Positions 27,001-39,100 of a stretch of DNA of 64,000 bases are shown here, piece by piece. Made by a program: the position numbers and the translations under genes. Location of the stretch: positions 186,001 through 250,000 of the forward strand of contig JBLDXI010000034.1 in NCBI GenBank assembly GCA_047495785.1. The letters run 5' to 3'. The DNA is from Lepidodermella squamata. Lineage: Eukaryota; Animalia; Gastrotricha. The notes under the pieces were generated by a model, which ran no database searches, was not told the origin of the DNA, and saw only the letters and a list, made by a program, of their open reading frames with translations. Each line of letters begins with the position of its first letter. Within the stretch, counting starts at the first letter, position 1.

Positions 27001-29477
27001 GCAGGTTGGCGGAGTAGTATCGGCTGTAAAACACAGGCCAGCACCCTGTCGAGAAATACAAATTCCGAAAATCAATTCATAATTTTTAAAATAATCAAAA
27101 TTTCAAAATTTTAAGGAGGAATTTCAATATTTCAAATAATATTTATCAACTTACGGGGTGTATATTTTTTCGTCAGCTATTTCCATGTTTTGTCAGCTAA
27201 TTCCAGTTTTCGTCAGAAATACCATTTTCTGTCAGAAATGACACTTTTTTACAGCTAATTTAATATTTAATTTATATTTATATTTAGAAGTGCTCAGTAA
27301 CTCTATTTCCCGCCCAGTTTCACGAAAAATAACGTAGGAAAATGTTGAAACCTTTTTCCAAAATTATTGGCTCTATGGTTTCGGATTTTGATCGCACGAC
27401 GTCTTAGTAGCACATGTTGACCTTACGCGTTTACAGGTAGAAAATACCTATATAGGATTGCTACCATAGTTTTTCCGTGGCACTACGGTAAAAACCAGTA
27501 GTACGCTAAAAACCAGTACTATAACCAGTATAGTAAAGAATCGTTAAAGAAATCAGCCAAAATATGGATGGGACACCTTGATGTTTACAACTGAAGACGT
27601 GACTGTCTCGCCTGGAATTAACTTCGAAAAATGCACTGAATGGGTATGGACAGTTTACGGTAAAATCTCGCGAATAAGTCTGGCAACGCTGTTTTTGCGT
27701 TTTTGACGCGTCAGAACCGCATAAACTTGGCTGCCGAGCCCTGAAATCTATCGGGATTATTGAACTGGGGGCGCACCTTTGCGAACAAAAGGTCGAAATG
27801 GATTCCGCTCAGGTTTAGCTAGGGATTTATGATCGAAAACATAGCACCAGCAATATTTAAAAAATTTCCGCGCTATTTACGTGAAATTGGGAACACTATG
27901 TAGTTTTAATTGTAATAGTAATTAAATCAGTAATTGAATAGGTATTAAATTAGCTGTAAAAAAGTGTCATTTCTGACAGAAAATGGTATTTCTGACGAAA
28001 ACTGGAATTAGCTGATAAAACATGGAATTAGCTGACGAAAAAACATTAACTCAACTTACGCCTCCGCTGCAGTAGTTGAAGTTGAAGTATGGGCTCGTTG
28101 AAACGTCGCCAGTTGAGCAGCTGATGGCGCATTGCTTGAAAGCGCTCGTAGACGGATCGAAACAGCGCAATTGTGACTTGCTTGAATCGGGAATGCTCAC
28201 TGCGAAACAATAATATTATAAATTGAATATTTTAGCCCAATTTTTTTTAATTTAAATTTTCAAGTTTGGATTTCAAAATGAATTCAAAATCCATAAATAA
28301 AAATAAATCGATAACTACTCGTAATTTTTCTACTTTTGGATGAACAAAATTGAACAAAATTGAACAAATTTCAAAATATTTCATGGTAAACGTAAAATTT
28401 AAGCGTTCATTTTGAAAGAAATAACACCCTTCAAGAGTCACAGAACTAACCACCGCTCCTATCCAAGCAAGAGGTCAGCCCATTGTAGCCACCAACGCTG
28501 GTCCAGCTGTATTTCGAGCAGGGAAATGACGACGGAAGCGGTAGACAGGCGACGTTCACGCCGTTGGCCGCGCAACGGCTGTACTGCCCAGTCTGTCATT
28601 CGAAATAGCACAAAAATCACAATTGGCTCCAGAATATTAGGTAATTTCGAACCACAAGAGCGCCATTAGAGGCTGTTTCGCTGTTGCAATTAGCCAAATT
28701 CGTCGAAATAGCAGTCCCGGACCATTGTTTTACCTTGAAAAAAGAAATTATTAAATAAATTGATCAAAAATTCGCCGGCGTAACAAACGTATGAAAAAAC
28801 GAATAATGACGAATGATTCAGGAAAAATCAATTACCACTGTGCCTATCTGAATTCCTTTAAAGTGAAAGGCGAAAATTTGTGAACGAGTGCGCAATAAAA
28901 CTGAGCGCGTAAATGTAGGTCACGCACTAGGTCGGGCTTAATTACTATCAAGGTAGGCGTAATAACGCGGCCGAATGAGGTCAAGCAGCCGCCGCTCTAA
29001 TTAACGTCGGCTATCTCTTGCGTCTGTTTTTCTACCGTCAAAGGATTGAATCCCTTTTCACTTTTTGTTCGATTTTCGCGTTAGCCGCCTTAAAATTATG
29101 TAAATTTACCAAAATTTCATCGCCGGTACATCCGGGGTTACCGGGGACGCATCGCCAGGAGCTCGTTTTCCAGTTGTAGCAAGCCACGGCATTCTGCGTT
29201 TCAAAATTTTCATCAGAAAAATCAAAGAATAAAAATATACTCACTCCATTTGAGCAAGTAGTGCTGGCCGGACCGACCTATAATATTTTATAAAAAAAAT
29301 CGTTCTTTCAACGCATTTTTTTGCGGCTTATTTTACCGATAATTCTGTTAGAGCATTACAACTCGTTTTACAACCAGCAAAACCGTTTGTCGATCGGTAG
29401 AAACACCGAAATGATTGGCCATCAACCTGTGAACCTGTGAAAAAAATCAACAGAAATGCGAGAAACTCGGCTCGCAT
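1..29477 (-). CDS. Giant secreted Cys-rich repeat protein, >100 small exons, 3' end beyond window
   Basis: ATG at 29477 gives signal peptide MRAEFLAFLLIFFTGSQVDG then QSFRCFYRSTNGFAGCKTSC. Successive GT-AG bounded exons (e.g. 29337-29477, 29245-29277, 28060-28199) splice into repeated ~40-55 aa modules [H/Y]xxC[FY]..C..CP..[YF]..C. Same-type exons continue to position ~1. I found no in-frame stop in the exons I translated, but not every junction was checked. Confidence 0.85.
760..18415 (-). repeat. Higher-order coding repeat: ~10-module super-repeat, five complete copies plus a diverged sixth and the start of a seventh
   Basis: The GV.HCY..DG.HSC module starts at ~18415, 15975, 13667, 11263, 6251, 3532 and ~760. 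The KPC..CP.CPPP module occurs at ~17500, 15050, 12750, 10350, 5290 and 2390. The PV.HCY.DG.H..IT.GG module occurs at ~17200, 14750, 12440, 10030 and 4960. Confidence 0.9.
8340..9425. repeat. Diverged direct duplication (~130 bp; ~8340-8470 and ~9290-9425) inside a ~2.1-kb intronic insertion
   Basis: Both copies share AAAAAGTCxGTACTTCAGTCTTACCAATCGGCCC, GCGTTATCCCAAATGTT and GACCCAAA..TGTTTTATTGGTCGC. Confidence 0.7.
24198..24497. mobile_element. TA-flanked MITE (Tc1/mariner-like)
   Basis: ~45-bp imperfect TIRs CCTGGTTGGCTAGGTGAGTCGCTTTGACCTAGTTTCAGACA / TGTCTGAAACCAGGTCAAATCGACTCGCCTTGCCAACCAGG, with TA on both sides. Confidence 0.7.
25128..25157 (+). repeat. Interstitial (TTAGGG)n tract
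   Basis: GGTTAGGGTTAGGGTTAGGGTTAGGGTTAG within an intron. Confidence 0.85.
27156..28050. mobile_element. Non-autonomous Mutator-like element with ~100-bp TIRs and 9-10-bp TSD
   Basis: TIRs ~27165-27265 and ~27943-28043 (TTTTTCGTCAGCTA...ACAGCTAATTTAATA and its reverse complement). TCAACTTACG is duplicated at 27146-27155 and 28051-28060. Confidence 0.75.
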
Positions 29478-29901
29478 TGTGAAGAAAAAATCAGGAAAAA
29501 TCAAAGCAATATTTTGTAATAAATCTAAAATTCGAAAATTTTTTGTTTAGAACAGCTGAAATTTTAAATGAATTTTTATGATAAAAAACAATGTTTACAA
29601 GACCTGAAAAACGTAGCCGCTCGTTTGGGAATCGCGTGCGTTTGGCGATCGCGTGGCGCCATTGCGTCATAAGGTTTGTTTTTTCGCAGAATATTTGTTA
29701 ACAAATACCTAAATCTCGTAATTGCCAAAGCTTAACATGTCCACCTTAATCCTAAACCGATGACCAGGTTTGCCAAAAATTGTCCGTTTATTTTATTGTT
29801 ATTCCAAATTTTACATAATTTTTTTATAATATTTGTGATGAATTTATGGAGTGGGAATTTTTCAGAATTTCTAATGATTTTTGCATTTTTTTCTTGATAG
29901 G
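29478..29901. promoter_or_regulatory. Putative bidirectional promoter region
   Basis: ~425 bp between divergent start codons 29477(-) and 29902(+), with a CG-rich patch at ~29610-29670 in otherwise AT-rich DNA. Confidence 0.5.
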
Positions 29902-32900
29902 ATGCGCCTGATTTTATTAATTCCAATTTTGAGCCTATTTTCAATCGGCTTTTGTGCTGACAATGAAAATGACGTTGAACCGACGAAAATTCCCGAAGTC
30001 ATTGATCCGGAAAATCGGCATCGCGATACTGTTATAAAATTGGCTAAAAAACATGGCAAATTCGGGAAACGGTTGAAAATGATCAAAGCTAAAGTCTCGA
30101 AAAAATGGACTCTACCAATCAAGTACACCTTCGATTCTGAAATGGGTTTGTCCCAATTTAGTTTTAAATGCCAATTTATTTCTGTGTTTTAATAGAGTTG
30201 AAGCAGAAATTGTGGGCGAATAAATCGCTTGTCGATTGGCAGCGTAATACGTGTTTGAAATTCGAATTTATTCCAAACGAGAGCGAAGTAACTGGCCCGG
30301 CTATCCATTTTGCTGGGACTGATGGGTAAAAATATTTGAAAAATTTGGGAAAAATATTTTCAATAATTTTGATTCTCAGAGCAACCCATGGCGGCGGAAA
30401 TAGGGAAGGAAAATACCCGCATGGTGTTTCGATCGAAGTCTCAACAACTGTATCACCGGTGAGAAATTGGAAAAATTTGAAAATTCCGAAAAGTTTAATT
30501 TTTTTTTAATTTTTCAGTACGGTGACCTACTTTTCTATGTCGGCTGGGTGTTGGGTTTGACCTATGAAATGCGACGACCAGATCGCGATCAACACCTTCG
30601 AGTTTTCCATCCGTAATTTGTACTCAAATTTAATTTTAATTTTTCGACAAACTTCTTGATTTTTTCCAGCGATGTTGCTGCGTATGAAATGAACAAAGAT
30701 GCGATGATGGGCGATACGCCGTTTGATTACGACTCGATAATGAGCGCCGATTTTCAAGGCGCCTTCGAACCGCACGACCTGCGCCACCTGTACTCGGTGT
30801 CCCAAAATAGCTATGTCTCATTTTTGGACAGAAAGCGCATCAACTTCCTTTACGACTGCTCTGGTTTGAAACTAATATAATATAATTTTTTTTCGAAAAT
30901 ATCGTTTCCACGCTTCTGACCCGTTTTTAATAGGAATTCACTTATTTACAAATTTTCAATGCCTATTTTTCGAAATTCGATATTTTGAAATTCAAATTTG
31001 AAATTAAAAAATTCTGAAATTCAAATTTTTTCTTGACCTTAATAATTTAAAATATTTTTTAAATTTTTGGATGTTTTTTCGAATTTTAGTTCAATGTGCT
31101 AGCAAAGTGCCGTGCCTGTATGGCGGTTACCCGAACCCGATAACCGACTGCCGTCAATGCATCTGCCCGCCGGGCTTAGCCGGCACCCACTGCCAGTTTG
31201 TTGCCCTGCCAACTGCGGCCGAGTGTGGCGGCGAAATATTTGTGGAACCCTGCACGTCTAAAACCATCACATCGCCGCAATACCCTGACCAATACCCGGC
31301 TGGGTCAAAATGCTCTTGGATTGTTCACACGGTGAGTTACAAAAATTGATGTCCTCAAAAATTCAAAAAATAAAATTGAAAATAAATGGGACAATCTAGC
31401 ATTTATTTTGGCCCATCAAATATTTATTTTCTTATTTTTTTGCTTTTTTTAAGGAGGAGGGCAGTGGGCTTATTTTCGGTTTCGAGTCTCGTCCTGGAAT
31501 GCCCAAGCATGACTTCTGTGAGCTAATTTTCTTGAAAAAACCTTCAATTTCACATGTTAATTTTACAGATGAGACTTGCGCTGATTACGTGTCCATTCGC
31601 GAACTGAACGATGAGACCAATAATGTCTTCAAGTAAGCGAGAATTTATACGCGAAATATATAATCACTATAATTTTTTATCAATTACAAATATAAATTTT
31701 AGCACTTCAGTGATTCTCAAACTGAATTTTTTCAATTTTTTAAAAATTTAGAAATTTTTCAAATGAGGAAAATTTTCCGAAATTGTTGGAAAAGTGTTTT
31801 TGGGCTCAAAAATCAAGACCCAAAAATAATTAGGGTAAATTACGTATTAATTAATTATTTCTTGATATTTTCGGTTGATTTAAGATTTTGCTCTGCTGGG
31901 GTCAATTCTGGGCGCGTTTTCGTCACCAACCACTCCGAAGCCCTGGTTCACTTCGAATCTGTCCTGCAACAACCCGCGCATGGCTTCGAACTCGTCGCCT
32001 ACGCAACTTGCCCTGACATTGCCGCGACTGAAATGACAAAGGAATGCGTTATCACTGACTCGGGCTACGACTACGAGGGCGAAAACAGCGAATCGCTGAG
32101 TGGTAAAAAATGCAATTTTTGGGCCGGTCAACGCGATTTTGCGCGCCTCGACTTCCCGCGCGGCCGCCTCGATGCGGCGATGAATTTTTGCCGAAATCCA
32201 GACGGCGGCAATTCGACGGCTTGCTTCGTCGATGATGGCTATGCTCAGCTCGAAAAATGCCGATATCCTGGAAAATGCCGTTAGTAAACATATTTTTCAT
32301 GAGAATTTAAATTTTAGACTTCAATTTGAAATTTTGAAAATTGTATGCGTATTTTTCAATTTTTTTTTAATTAATTCAATTACAGAGTCGTTGATGGTCC
32401 GTTGCTTGAATAAGGAAACGAAGGAATTTTCTCAATTCCGCCCTGCCAAACCTGGGTGTTCAGCTGAAGAAATTCAGATGGGCGATAAATTTTTCGGACA
32501 TACCGTAGAATTCGGGGTAAATTTATTCATAAAATTCTGTTATTTATCTTTATTCAAAAATCAAATTATAGGGCGTTAACAAATGCTACGATCCCAAGGC
32601 TGATATCAGCCGTTGCGTTGCCGAAGAATTGCCTTGTGAAGCTCAAGAAGAAATCATGGCGACCTTCACCGATTCAAAGTATTTCAATCGAAATTTAATG
32701 ACCTGCTCGCACCAACCGGGAAATGTGAAAAAAATTCCAATTGTTTTCATAAAATTTAAAAATATTTTTTAATTTTTCTCTTAGACCTATGTGAGATGCT
32801 ATTCGAAGTATAACCGTTTCCGTGATTGCCAACGCGAGAAATTCGGCTGTCGCCAAAACGAGGTCATAAAATTCCAATTTTTTTCGTCGAATTTTTTCAA

Positions 32901-33025
32901 TTTTTCAATTATTATAGGTTGCTGTTGGGAAATTCGAAACACCATCAGCTTGCTACGAATATTCAAACGGTGCTGAGATTGAGGCTGAACTTGAATCGCC
33001 TATTTTTCATGAAAATTCGGACTAA
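29902..33025 (+). CDS. Astacin-like pseudo-metalloprotease: signal peptide, M12A-like domain, EGF, CUB, kringle and three Cys-rich modules
   Basis: MRLILLIPILSLFSIGFC signal; KW.LPIKYTFD, W.RNTCLKF, RRPDRD, PFDYDSIM and SFLD.K.IN.LYDC astacin motifs; CLYGGYPNP..C..CICP.GL.G..C EGF; CGGEI..ITSPQYP.QYP..CSW CUB; YEG..S.SGKKC.FW..NFCRNPDG kringle. Stop TAA at 33023-33025 and AATAAA at 33101. Confidence 0.85.
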
Positions 33026-33158
33026 CCATCTGCAACTTGGATTTCTTTCCTAAATTATGACAAATTATTTAATTGCGTTATAACAATTTTCTGGAATTTT
33101 AATAAAACAATAATCGTGTTGAAAGATCAAATTTTATTAACCTCAAAAATTCAAATTT

Positions 33159-36100
33159 TCAATTCATGTTCAAATGCGTATTGTCAATAATAAGGTCATT
33201 ATTTTGTTTGAGCAAGGGCACGAAATTTGGCGTGGTCGGTGATAGGCTGCCTGCCCCTCGAGAAACGCTGCGGCTTTGACTCGTAGGGACAGCTACGTTG
33301 AATTCTTCCAAGTCAGCCAGAGCTTGCTTAGCGAGGTATTTTTCGCGTTTTAGCTTCAACTTGAGCTGCCACGGAATGTCGGGCACAGCTAGATCGATTA
33401 GACGTTGAATCCCGAACACTACATGCTGGAAAGAAAATAAAACAAAATCGTCAACAAATTCCAAAAATGTTCTCATGTTCAATTTTTAAATTATTTTTAA
33501 ATTATTCCTCATTAAAAGTTGAATAAAAAATCCAAGAAATCTAAGAGGTCGAACGAATTGAACGATGGAATTTTCGATATTTTGAAATTTTTTTAAATTC
33601 AAATTCGAAAATTAATTAGGCTAGTACTCACTTCAAAGACAATAACAAATGCCAGCCGGAGGATGAACAGTTTATAGTAGAAAATCGTCGGTTTCCCATC
33701 ATTATCCCGATAGTCCAGGTACCTAGAAGTTCGATTTTATTAGTTTTAAAATTCTTTTTCCCAACTCACCTGCATTTGATCGATTCGCCGTCCACGTCGA
33801 TGACAGAATCTTCAGGAGCCCAAGCCAAGGAAAAATTGACATAACCAGATAGGGAACCTTCATTTTCAGCTTTATAAAGCTGAAAGAGCTTATAATGAAC
33901 AGGAGAAAAAGATTCGATCCTAATCCTTTACCAGTTGAGGCAGAAAATCGGAGGTGAAAGCGATAAGAAACGCATTCCCAATAACGCAAATCCTCGTCAG
34001 AGCCTGGAGAAAAGTTTCGAAATTTTTTAGAAATTAATGGGGCATTAAAATTAACCTGAAGAATTTTGAACCATATTCCAATGTTTCTTGCCCTTCGAGC
34101 AACTGGTCTTTTAAAAATTTAAAAATTGTGGATTTTTTGAAATTTAAAAAATTGTCGAATTCCAACCTTCGAGTTTTGCAGACAAATTTTTGAGCATCCA
34201 ATCGAATTTCAGCCCAGTTATTGATAACGGCGAAAAGCGGGGCGAGCGGGAAGGCGGGGGCGAAAATGGTGATGAAGCCGAACTGAAGCACCATTTCGAG
34301 GTATTCTTGGAACAAGCCTTCGTTTTCGATCATTTCGTAGTCTTCCTCCCAGCGAGGTCGTACAAAACGTTTTTTGTTTTTTGTTATGGCAAAATTCCAG
34401 CCGCCAACTTTGAACCGGTGATGCAAAGTTTTCATGTAACTGAAAAATTGAAATTTCATGAAATTTCATGAAATTTCGGGAATTATTTTTTTTTCACAAA
34501 CGGAATCGCTATTTCTTTCAAGTTGCCGAGAAGCTGCTTGCCGATCATGATAACCGCCAGCTGAAAATAAATTATTTAAATAAAATTGAAATTCAATATT
34601 TTCAAAATTTTGAAGAAATTATTAATTTTTTAATTTTTTAGGAAAATTTTACCTGCTGGGCTAATTCGATTAAGCACGATCCGTTGCCGCACTCTTCGGG
34701 TCTCAGGCCGAGAAATGAGGTGTAATGACCAGGATAGCCGACAAATTTGCCCTTTATGAAGCCAACGTAGATGATTGAAGCGTAGTAGTTGACAAAATGA
34801 AACAGGAATCCTTTTGTTATCAACGCATCGTCGAACGAACTCTGCGTTCTATGCATCTCTAAAAATTGAAAAAATTTCGAAAAAATTGAAAAAAGCTTGA
34901 AAGTTAGAAAATGTCTGAACTGAGGTCAAATTTTGACTTCTGAATTTTGCAAGTTCAAAATACAAAATTGTATGAAAAAATGAGACGCAGATTTAAAAAT
35001 GTCCGAAATGAGGTCAGCATTTTATTTTTTGCAATTTTCAACTTCAAACAGCGTCAAATCAAAATTAAAAAAAAACTTGCCCCATTCTGTGAGTTTGACT
35101 GCAAATAGATTGTAGACGTTCGAAAGAGCCATGATGAGCACGAGATTGACGAAAGCGCCAGTAAAGTTGGCGATGAGACGCGAATTGCTTCGAGTAAATT
35201 CCAGGTCGTACAACGGCCCACTGACTAGAGATCGATACAGGATCACAGCTATGATGAAGGTCAAAACCAGCGATATCTGAAAAAACGATAGAAAAACAAC
35301 AGAATATTGAAAATGTCAGAAAAATGGAGGAAAAATTCGAAATATATTTTTAACATTTTCAGGAATTTTCTGAAATTTTTGGAAGATTTAGAGTTTAGAG
35401 AGATTTTTGAAAGATTATTCTCACCATAAAAGCTACAGCTACAACAGTTGAAATTAAGCGAGGAACTCTTTTGAAGCCAGGAACTGTCGAAAAATTTACA
35501 GCTTGAATTAGAAATTCAATGTTTTTCGAATTTACAGAATGGTTCGACAACTCCTGTGATAGGATTTCGCCCACTAGTTGGAGCCAGAGCGGCGTATTTT
35601 GGCCGAATCGGTTCGATTTCTTGCGAAAATTCATAACAGTCCCAGCGATAAGCAAGCCTAGCATTCGTTCGCTTCCAAAATTCCAGAAATAATACAGCTA
35701 GAAAAATCAAATAAAATGTTCAAATAAATTCAGAAAAAAGTTTTAAATTACCCCATAAGGAAATAAGTATTGAATACAACACAGTTCCGCCGTTATCGAA
35801 TAAGTAACTTAATCGTGCGTAGTGGCAACTTGGAAAATTTCGGAAAAATCATAAACTTTTTTTCGGTTGAAACTTGAAAACTTACTAGTCACCATAATGC
35901 CAAGTTTCGCAAGCATCACAGGCAGGACACATTGTAAAATTTTGATCTGTCGCCTCGCAAATTTCCTGACTGTGAAAATTTCAAAAAATTTGTTCGGATT
36001 TTTTAAACTCAACAAATTAATCGAACTATTTTTGAATTTGAATTTGAATTGAATTTTTTCTTACGATTTCAAGTCTGTATGCAGAGTGAAGACGCCGTAA

Positions 36101-39100
36101 ATGAACAAAGCTAGGCCGAAAATCGCTGCAGGTAGCAACCATGCCGTATAGTACCCCAGCCAAGCAAAATACAACCCGACTTGCTCGCCGAAATACGCTC
36201 GAATATGCTCGAGAGGCTGGTATTTAAACATCAAACCCCATCTGGCCCAACATTTGCGCAAAATTTGCCGATCGTTCAAATTAGACGGGTCAGGTTGGTC
36301 ACGGCTATTGCTGCTATTGCTACTGTCATTTGGGTCGGTTTCGTCCGGGCCACTGTGAAGAGGGTAGGCTGCGGTGAAAATTTGCTCCTCGAGTAATCGC
36401 TCGATTCCAACTTGAGCTAGTCCCCTTTGACCATAAACAGTCTCAGCTAATTAATTAAAAATTATGAAATTTTTGAAAAAAATTGAGATTCCAAACTTTT
36501 TCAGAATTTTGTTAAAGATTATTTCAATCTCTAAATTATCAATTTTCTAAATTTAAAATTTAAAAATCTAAATTCAAGTTCAAGTTCAAAATTTAAATTT
36601 TTACGTGTCTGAAGTTGGCGGTCCAATATTTTCAAACCTTAGCGAACCATCTCTAAAATTATTTTTTCCACCATGCCAACTCACTTTGACGTAGTGCCGA
36701 CCGTGGCACATCTTTTAAAATATATTGTGGGAGCTAAAAAATCAATTTGACATGGTCCGCTGAACCTGGTTCGCCAACTTCCGTATAGGGCCGAATATTG
36801 AAGTTGGCGAACCAAGTGTCAGCGAACCACAATGACACCATCTGAAAATGTGTGCCAAGACTTGACCATTCCAAGAATATATCATGACACATTAATTGAC
36901 CCATTTAATTATGTGCTAAGATGAAGGAACAAGCTTTATTGAAAGCAACTAAGTGGATAAAATGCTGGGTTAATCAAGTTAGTTTCTATGGGAAGGAGAA
37001 GAGTTTCGTCAATCATGCTTCAACAAATCTTCTTGTTCTGCGCGCTATTTGACTCGTTCGGCCAAAAGCAGCGTTAGAAACAGGTCCGGTCGACGGACGC
37101 CGTTCCGGGTCCGTTCCCGTTCCAAATCCGGCATCGGTAGACCGGGTAAAATCCAAGGAAAACCAGATTTTCCTGTTTCGCTCATTGTCCTACCTGTTAA
37201 CATGCAACTGTTAGTGCGGTAGTGCCATGTTTTGCAAGCGTATCGGAGGTTTGGGGGTGGGTTTGCGGCTTCCGAACTAATTTACTGACCTTAATCGAGA
37301 GGCCCCGTGGGTCTTAAAAGCCTCCCAATAGAGATTGATTTGATTTTTTAGGTTAGTATCGCAATTATATGCGTTATGTTCGCTATTTTCTTGCGATTTT
37401 AATCATGCAGTTCCAAACCCGGTAGAACAGGCCGTTCCCGTCCCGGTCCAGGTTGACTTACACCGTTCGCAGGTCCGGTTTGTGTCTGCAAAACCCTACC
37501 AAAACGACGGCCAGGGTAGCGGATGCAAACTATGCTCGATACTTCGAGGCTCGCTCAAGCAGAGGATGTGATGAAAAGCTAAGGTCTTTTCGAATTACCC
37601 CCACTTGCGTATCTAAGCTAAACCCAAACTTCAAACGTAACCCTAACCTTAACCCAAACCCTGACCCTAAACCTAACCCTAACCCTAACCCTAAACCTAA
37701 CCCTAAAAAAGATACGCAAGTGGGAAATTCGCCAGTGGGGTACACCCGTCTTTTCGCCCTTGGACAGTGTGAGGTCAGAAGGAAAGGGATGGGAATCGAC
37801 AATACCCGTCAGCGGTCGCCTGATAGTCGCCAGGTTCCAGGGGCGGCACTGAAGGTCACAATCGTCCAGTGCTCCTACAAAATTCGGACGAAGATAATGA
37901 AGATATGACATGCTTCAAGCGCAAGCTGAGCTTTTCCCAAGACATGCTCTTCTTATGGTCATGGGGGACTTGAACGCTAAGGTTGGATCGAACAACCCCG
38001 GCTACGACAGTCCATGGGTACGCACTCGCCGGGCACCCGAAAAGATAACGGTGAGTTAGTAAACTAAGTCAGTAAAGTGCTGGGTGAATCAAGTAGCGGC
38101 TTCAATCTGAGGTACTGCTCCCCATGCATCAACGTGTTACCATCGGCGTGATTAAGCTCCACAAAGAGATTGCCTCTTAGCCAGCCCAGAAGCATGGTAG
38201 TAGTAGTAGTAGTAGTTGTAGTTGTTTTAGTGCTGCCTCCCCGCACATCCGACTCTTTCTTGAGTCGACAGGTGATAAACGTGTGAGTTCCGTCAAGGCT
38301 GCCAAGGTGCGGAAACGCCCCAGATCGTGTCCGCTATTTCGCGTAGCCTCGTCGTCTTAGCCTGCAGCTGTTCAACGCAGGTCGCCAGCAGAGCTAAATC
38401 GTCGGCGAAGTCTAGGTCGTGAAGCTGCTTTGAACAACATCCACCTAATCCCATCATTTTGCCGCTCAGTGACAGTACGCATCACGAAATCAATCGCAAC
38501 GCAGAATAGAATCGGTGAAAGGATGCAGCCCTGCCTGACACCAGACCATGTCCGCTAGGTCGGCTGCCGTTTGGGGATGGCTGCGCTTGCTGACTGCAAG
38601 CATGTTCGTAAGCCGTCTCAGCTTGCTGACAGATTTGTGGGGCGAAAAGACCGTAGCTTTTCCTCACTTACTCTGCTTGAGAGAGCCTCAAAGTTTCGAG
38701 CAGCGTTTGCACGATGAAACCCAACTCTTGACACCAGTTTTACATCCGGTACCGTGGCCTACCTCGCTCGACTGCCTTTGCAGCTTTGGGCAAAACGAGT
38801 CGAATAGCGCGAAGAACAAGAAGAAATCTTGAAGCATGACTGACGAAAATATTCTCCTTCTCTTAAAAACTAGCTTGATTCACCCAGCACTTTACTAACT
38901 TAGTTGCTTTCAATAAAGCTTGTTCCTTCATCTTAGCACATAATTAAATGGGTCAACTAATGTGTCATGATATATTCTTGGAATGGTCAAGTCTTGGCAC
39001 ACATTTTCAGATGGTGTCATTGTGGTTCGCTGACACTTGGTTCGGCAACTTCAATATTCGGCCCTATACGGAAGTTGGCGAACCAGGTTCAGCGGACCAT

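Noticed and set aside
443-29244. Dozens of short ORFs treated as separate genes
   Set aside because: They are exon fragments or antisense shadows of one spliced minus-strand gene.
29880-29901. Acceptor-like AG just before the astacin ATG as evidence of SL trans-splicing
   Set aside because: Possible upstream donors (e.g. AG|GTTTGT at ~29673) allow an ordinary 5' UTR intron; cannot be decided from sequence.
37453-37911. ORFs with NP/GL/RV dipeptide repeats
   Set aside because: They are translations of the (CCCTAA)n tract within a transposon.
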